Part shown: positions 57,802 through 64,000 of the stretch, in pieces
Layout: each line of letters begins with the position of its first letter
How positions within the stretch are numbered: the first letter of the stretch is position 1
DNA from: the human T2T-CHM13v2.0 reference genome, Homo sapiens
Length of the DNA: 64,000 bases
Strand: one strand, 5' to 3'
NCBI RefSeq assembly: GCF_009914755.1
Contig: NC_060925.1
The notes under the pieces: model-generated
Told to the model about the DNA's origin: nothing
The model's database searches: none
What the model saw: the letters and a program-made list of their open reading frames with translations, nothing else
Program-made: the position numbers and the translations under genes

Positions 57802-59046
57802 ATTGTTGTTTGATATTTGTGGTAAAATAGTTTCCATTATCTACATAATTAGCATATTAAAACATAAGTAAAAATACTTTAAAAACTTAAAAACCGTTGA
57901 TCGTAGAAAAGATGCAGATATATCTGTGCTCTATCAATACAGGTAAGCACTTCTGAGGATGTTCAAAGTTAGACTAAGTTTTTTGTTATTTTGTTTGCTT
58001 CTTTCACATTTCCATTTGGGAATCTATTCCATTTGGCCTCCTCTATGGAGAAATGGCGAAATGGTTTGTTTCAGTAATAAGGAAAGGGTCTTGGGAGAGT
58101 TTAGAAGGTCACAACTTCTTGATCTCTGACAAACAGTGATTAGTAAAAGTGAATTTTCAAACTCCATTACCTTGGGAACAATTAGGCAAATAAATCCAGG
58201 GGCTGAGGGGAAAAGATAACATGAAAATTAATCTATCTATTCTCCTATTTTCTTTGCTTTGTGTCTAATTTGTACAGTTTGGCACTGTGTGGTTTCAGAG
58301 ATAGGTTTTGACTCTGGATAAATGTAATCTCAAAGGATTTATGAAATATAAACAATCATACTTTCAGAAAATCTATTTTTCCAGAGTATTTGATCAATAT
58401 GATGATGTGTAAATACAGACACTGAGTGGAGAATTAAAGTGATTATACAGACCATCTAAAGGGCATAGGGAACTACAGCAGGATTTGGGACCTAGACGTC
58501 TGAATTACTCAATTTGACTGTTACGGTGTTCAAATTTTCCCGTTAAAGTCCAAAAGCTACATTCAACATTGAGTATACAGATACCACCAAACTAGCACTT
58601 CAGGTTTTTTAATTTTTTTTTTTTGTAAAAGGGAAGACAGATTACTGAATTTTAGTGCCATTTTTGTAGAAGTGTAAGACCAATGCTACTTGGAAATTGT
58701 CTACAATAAAAAATTAAGGCCATATTTATAGTTTTACAATAAGTGAACGTTAAAAGGTAAAAGGAATACTGAAGAAAATATAGGAAAACACTCTAAGTCT
58801 CTAAGACAAATAATTTTGTAGTTAATTAGCTTTCAGTACTGCCTGTTCATAAATACAATTTTCATTATACAATCATACAGTACATTTTGTTTCATGCTCC
58901 ACATTTTTAAATTATGTTAAAACAAGTTACCATGGTTTTATTATCTTGATAGTGATTTTAATGCTCTAAAATGTTCTGTCCTATACATTTTAAAAGTATA
59001 TCAAACATGAAAAACTGAAAACCAAATCTGATATTTTTATAGCATA

Positions 59047-59394
59047 TTGACAAATCAACATGAATACACCAACAAGGCTCTTACTTTATATATTTAAACA
59101 ATTCACAAATATTTATTGATATGCTCAATGATATCAAACTTTAGAAAACTGTAGTATATGTGTGTGTGTGTGAGTGTATGAAAACATATACTTACTATAT
59201 TGTAGATGAATACACACAAAAAATGTACACAGGAATATAACTGAATATCAAATTAAGAATCAGTAGTACAACACATTAAGCTCTCATATTCTACTAATGG
59301 AGTTGGCACAAATGTCAATACTGAATTACACATTACGTTATCCCTTTGAGCCTCAGTTTTATAATCTGTAAATTGGAATGAAAACAACAAACTC
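59047..59394 (+). repeat. Copy 2 of an old local duplication
   Basis: Same order of blocks as 57403-57801, including the (TG)n run and a MIR-like end. Confidence 0.9.
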
Positions 59395-59540
59395 ACAGGA
59401 TAAACCAAAATAATATTATAATATGATTCAATATATCCTACATAAATATCAATTGAATCCAGATTTTGATGGTTACTGATAGGCAAAAGTAGGCACTATA
59501 TTACCAGGTTAATTGTTGCATTAAAATGGATTATAGTGTT

Positions 59541-59725
59541 CCAGCTTGGATTATGGCAAAACCCTGTCTGTATAAAAAATACAAAAATTAGCGGGGTGTA
59601 GTTGCATGTGCCTGTAGTCCCAGCTACTTGCAGGGGCTGAGCAGGGAGGATCGCTTGAGTCTGGGAAAGTCAAGGCTGAGGTGAGCTGTATTTGTGGGTG
59701 AAACCCTGTCTCAAAAAAAAAAAAA
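59541..59725 (+). mobile_element. 5'-truncated AluJ with internal deletion
   Basis: ggaggatcgcttgag..., A tail, TSD GATTATAGTGTT at 59529-59540 and 59726-59737. Confidence 0.9.
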
Positions 59726-59899
59726 GATTATAGTGTTAATCTACTAGTTTCAAATGTTTGCAATCATCTACAAATAATTAATATCAAATTGTTCTACATC
59801 TTGGATTAAACCCAACTGTAAATGAAAGGATTGCCAATGATAGTGACAGTGTTGATATTTGAATGACATATTTAAAAATAAGAGAAACACCTTTTGAAT

Positions 59900-60470
59900 T
59901 TTTTGTCTTCTTTGTAGTTAAGATGCCATCAACAGCAAATAATAGGACATTGACTCAAACTTACTTGAGTCCTAAGGAATTTTTTAAATCATTTCACATA
60001 ATGAGCAGGAAAAAGGGAGGAAGTTTTCTTGATTGGTTAGTTTAGTTGCTCAGAGGCATTATCAGGGTTCCAGATTCTTCCAATTTTTTCAATCTGATAT
60101 TTTTAGCTTGGAAGCATGATCCTCAGGACAGCTCTTTGCAACATTGCAAAATAACTATCACATTTCCAATTATCATGTCCAAACATGGCAACCGCCAATA
60201 AAATATAAGGCCATCTCTCATTCACAGAGAAAGAATTGGTTATGTGCCTCTCGGTTTGTGAGAATACTGTAGATAATGGATCTAATTAGATTTCACCATA
60301 TATAACAGATTTAATTTGATCTTGGACTAATTCGTCATACTTTTGTCTTGTGCCCAATCCTAAATCAATATTTAAAAAAAAAAGAAGCAAGATGCCTATG
60401 ACTAGCTTAGTAAAATTGAAGCTCCATTTAAAAGAAAGTGTGGGAGTTAATGAATTTTTGTATGAACAAC
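59900..60470 (-). mobile_element. Old MaLR LTR (MLT1K/L-like), carrying a possible internal insert
   Basis: atcagggttccagattcttcca, cctcagg, and tgcccaatcctaaatcaat...atgactagcttag. Boundaries approximate. Confidence 0.55.
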
Positions 60471-60799
60471 CTAGACTGCTTCATCCAACCTGAAAGCACT
60501 ATTTAAAACTGATTCACTCATTGATTCACTCATAAATATAGACAATCCCAAAGAACAATAGAAACAAACATTAATGGCTAATGTAGTAGGCCAAAGGTAA
60601 CCCTACACTAAAGAATTCAAATGAAAGAACAAACAAAAACCCCAAAACATTTTCATGTACATTAAATGATAGAGTATCATGATTAAATTAATTAATTAGA
60701 AGACCTGAGTTGGAGTATTTGCTGATTTCCTGGGTGTAAATATTCCTTCCATGGTCCACTTCAAGCTACCAACATGTAGTCAAGTGCCTAGTGAGCTGA

Positions 60800-61445
60800 C
60801 TTCAGGACTCCACTGCCTCCATTAATGGGTTGCCCAACCGCCACCCTTGTCTGCCTATCGTGTACTTCCAACACAACTACCAGAATAGTGTTTTTAAAAC
60901 TTGTCCTGTCATTCACTCCAGAGATCAAGGTGTTCCACTGGCTCTCCGTATTATCAGAGTCCAGAATCCTTATAATTGTCTACAAAGTTCTACCTCAATT
61001 TGCCGCTGTTCCTTTTCTGACTATATCTCCCCTGTGCTCCTTCCATTTTAGCTACATGGTCTCCTTGCTATCCCTAATTACTCCAGGTTTGCTTGTTGCT
61101 TAGGACCTCTGCCTGAATTTAGCGAATGCCTTCACTTTCTTTATTTAAATGATGTCTTTCTATGAAGTGCAATTAATCTGAGGTCCTATTGATAATTTAT
61201 TTGAACTTGAAACTTTTCCCCTGTCTGTTCTCCTCCTCTGAGCCTCATGCCATGTACCACCTTCTCACTTACTGTAAAATTTACCCATTTGTTATGTTTA
61301 TGCTTTATTATTTGTCTCACTTGGCTATAATTTGAGCTTTAGAACAGTTCTTTTTTTATTATTATTTTCTGATATATCCCAAGTTCATAGAGCATTGTCT
61401 AGAATCTGGTAGGCACTTAATAAATATCTGTTCATTGAATGAGCA
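60800..61445 (+). mobile_element. L2 3' region
   Basis: ccagaatagtgtttttaaaac...ttccactggctc, ending tggtaggcacttaataaatatctgttcattgaatga. Confidence 0.72.
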
Positions 61446-62807
61446 ATAATTTCTAATACCCAAATAATGTTTAGAGAGTATGCATCCTTTTCTTGAAAAC
61501 TGTTGTTCTTTCCAGTGGTCTTTTTAATATAAGTGCAATGCTTTTCTCAATGTGTGTCCTAGAAACAATTTGGTTCTCTAAATCACATGTTCAAATGATC
61601 AACTATATCTATTTTAGATTTGAAATTAAATAAGTAAACAAGTGCTACGATTTGCTGCTTATATGCCAACTATGAAATTGCTGTTTTGAAACAAGTACGT
61701 GACCTGCTTACCCTTCTTGTATACATGACAAAATTCAAAATTCAGGATTTGTTTTTTGGTATCTTACCGTTATAATCACAGATGAACTATGAATATTTCC
61801 TTCTCTCAAGATATATAGTAAAATAATGGGAAATCAACATATAATATGCTTTGAATCTCAAAAAAATTATTTTAAATAGAATAGTTTCTACCTTTAGAGT
61901 GTATTACAAACTTAAAATAGTGTCTTTCAAAAAACAATGACCAAATTCTGTTGGTACCTTTGTTATTTAATTTTATGCTATACAAAAGCTGCTTGATTCA
62001 TATATATCATGCATACTATTAATAAAAGCAAGAAGAAAACATTTTCCAGATTTAAAAGTAATGTTTCAGTATTTTTTCCTCTTAAATTCAGGTTTTAGGA
62101 AGGCAAAATTAAAAACAATATCTCACATATTTGTATGCCAGTGTAACAATCTTAGAGAATGGGGAAAATTGGTGGTATATTCACAGAGAAAGAATTGGTT
62201 ATGAACAGAAACCATTAATGAAACTTGATGATATTTGTTCTTATTCTTAAAATTTATTTTTGAATCCTTCTATTATTTATCCTTGCCTGAATATGTTGAT
62301 TTACTCTAGAGGCAACTGAATTAATTATCTGGTTGAGCAGAAAGAAAATTGCATTATTCTCTATGTTTCATGGTGGATCCATCATAGTCATTTTTTTTTT
62401 TGAACTGCAGGCATTCAAAGTTATTCAAAATGTATTTCCCATCAACTTGACTCCAAGACAATTTTAGTTTTTTTTCTAAAAAGTTAAACACATTTCCTTT
62501 CTTTTAGCTTGATTGAAAGATATGAATGTAGAAATGAATATGGGATATAATTATTCGTTTGCCTGGGAATATACAACTCAATATTGAAGAAAAAATACAT
62601 TGGAGCACAGATACTACCATACGTCAAAACTTACCACAGAGCTACAGTAATCAAGGTAGTGTGGTATTGGTGAAAGAATAAACAACAACAACAACAAAAA
62701 TAAATGGAACAGAATAGATAGCCCAGAAAAAGACCCACATGAATATATTCAACTGACCTAAGAACAAAGATACTCTTTTTACCAAATAGCATGGGAACAA
62801 CTGGACA

Positions 62808-62809
<2 letters not shown>

Positions 62810-62868
<59 letters not shown>

Positions 62869-62989
62869 GTGTGTGTATATATATATGTATGTGTGTGTAT
62901 ATATATGTATATATGTGTATATATGTGTATATATGTGTATATATGTATATATATGTGTATATATGTAAATATATGTGTATATATATGTG

Positions 62990-63021
<32 letters not shown>

Positions 63022-63043
63022 TACATATATATATTTACATACA
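62810..63043. repeat. Compound microsatellite: (TA)~23, then TA/TG mixed, then (CA)n
   Basis: Read directly. Pure TA run at 62810-62856. Confidence 0.98.
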
Positions 63044-63522
63044 TAAAACCACTCACTGGATAAAGTTTTTGAAACACATATGAATGAAGGAGATTTACTA
63101 TCTTAAGTAAGTAAATGTTCTGCAAATCAATAGGTAAATGACAACTCAGAACAAAAATCTGCAAAAAACATGAAGCTGAAAGGCACCTAATATGCAACAG
63201 AAATGGCTAACAAGCTATTCAATTCAAGCTCAACCTCATAGACAATAATGAAAACATAAAATCAAACCACAATGTGACATAGTAGACTACGTCACTCAGA
63301 TTGTCCAAAGTTTAAGTCTAAAATTACCAACCACTGTCAGGTATGAGTTACAATGGCACTTATTTCATTGTTGGTGGATATCTAAATTGGTAGAACTGAT
63401 TCGAAGAATAATTCAATAGTGTCTATTGCAAATGTTCATGTGTCTACCACCATAAACAACAATTACTTTTGTAGCTTATGCACAAAATAAAATATGCCCA
63501 CATCAATAAAAAAGACATTTGT

Positions 63523-63850
<328 letters not shown>

Positions 63851-64000
63851 TTATGATTATAGCAGTATGATTTATAATGATGAAAAAAAGTGGGAAACTG
63901 CCTAAATGTCAACACAAAGAGAATGTATAGATAAATTATATATGTATATGAAATATATGAAATGATTTCTCTATACATTCTCTGTATATATACACACATA

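Noticed and set aside
60286-60348. Minus-strand peptide RQKYDELVQDQIKSVIYGEI, faintly like bornavirus N (DQIKLV)
   Set aside because: Only about 5 matching residues, followed by a stop, with no flanking similarity. Not supportable without a significant TBLASTX hit.
62631-63197. 188-aa Y/I/H/T-rich ORF and overlapping ORFs
   Set aside because: Produced by the stop-free TA/TG microsatellite.

Overview
This is AT-rich, CpG-poor primate (human-like) genomic DNA with no recognisable intact protein-coding gene, RNA gene, CpG island or CRISPR array. It looks like intergenic DNA or the interior of a large intron. Much of it is layered transposable-element debris: Alu, L1PA/L1M, L2, MIR, MaLR/ERV solo LTRs and DNA transposons, including a full-length fossil HSMAR2 mariner. 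The only gene-derived element is a full-length processed HMGB1 pseudogene (16924-18100). Repeat subfamily names come from remembered consensus sequences and need RepeatMasker/Dfam confirmation. I see no evidence for a new multi-gene system. The most unusual signals are mechanistic: (1) a twin-primed L1PA with no poly(A) tail, whose reconstructed empty site mimics the L1 3' end; (2) an exact 25-bp repeat 1.96 kb apart, beside a 100-bp orphan insert; (3) an old dispersed duplication of about 400 bp; (4) several short tandem or templated duplications; (5) AluY copies with excess transversions; and (6) a few dense transcription-factor motif clusters in non-repetitive DNA.
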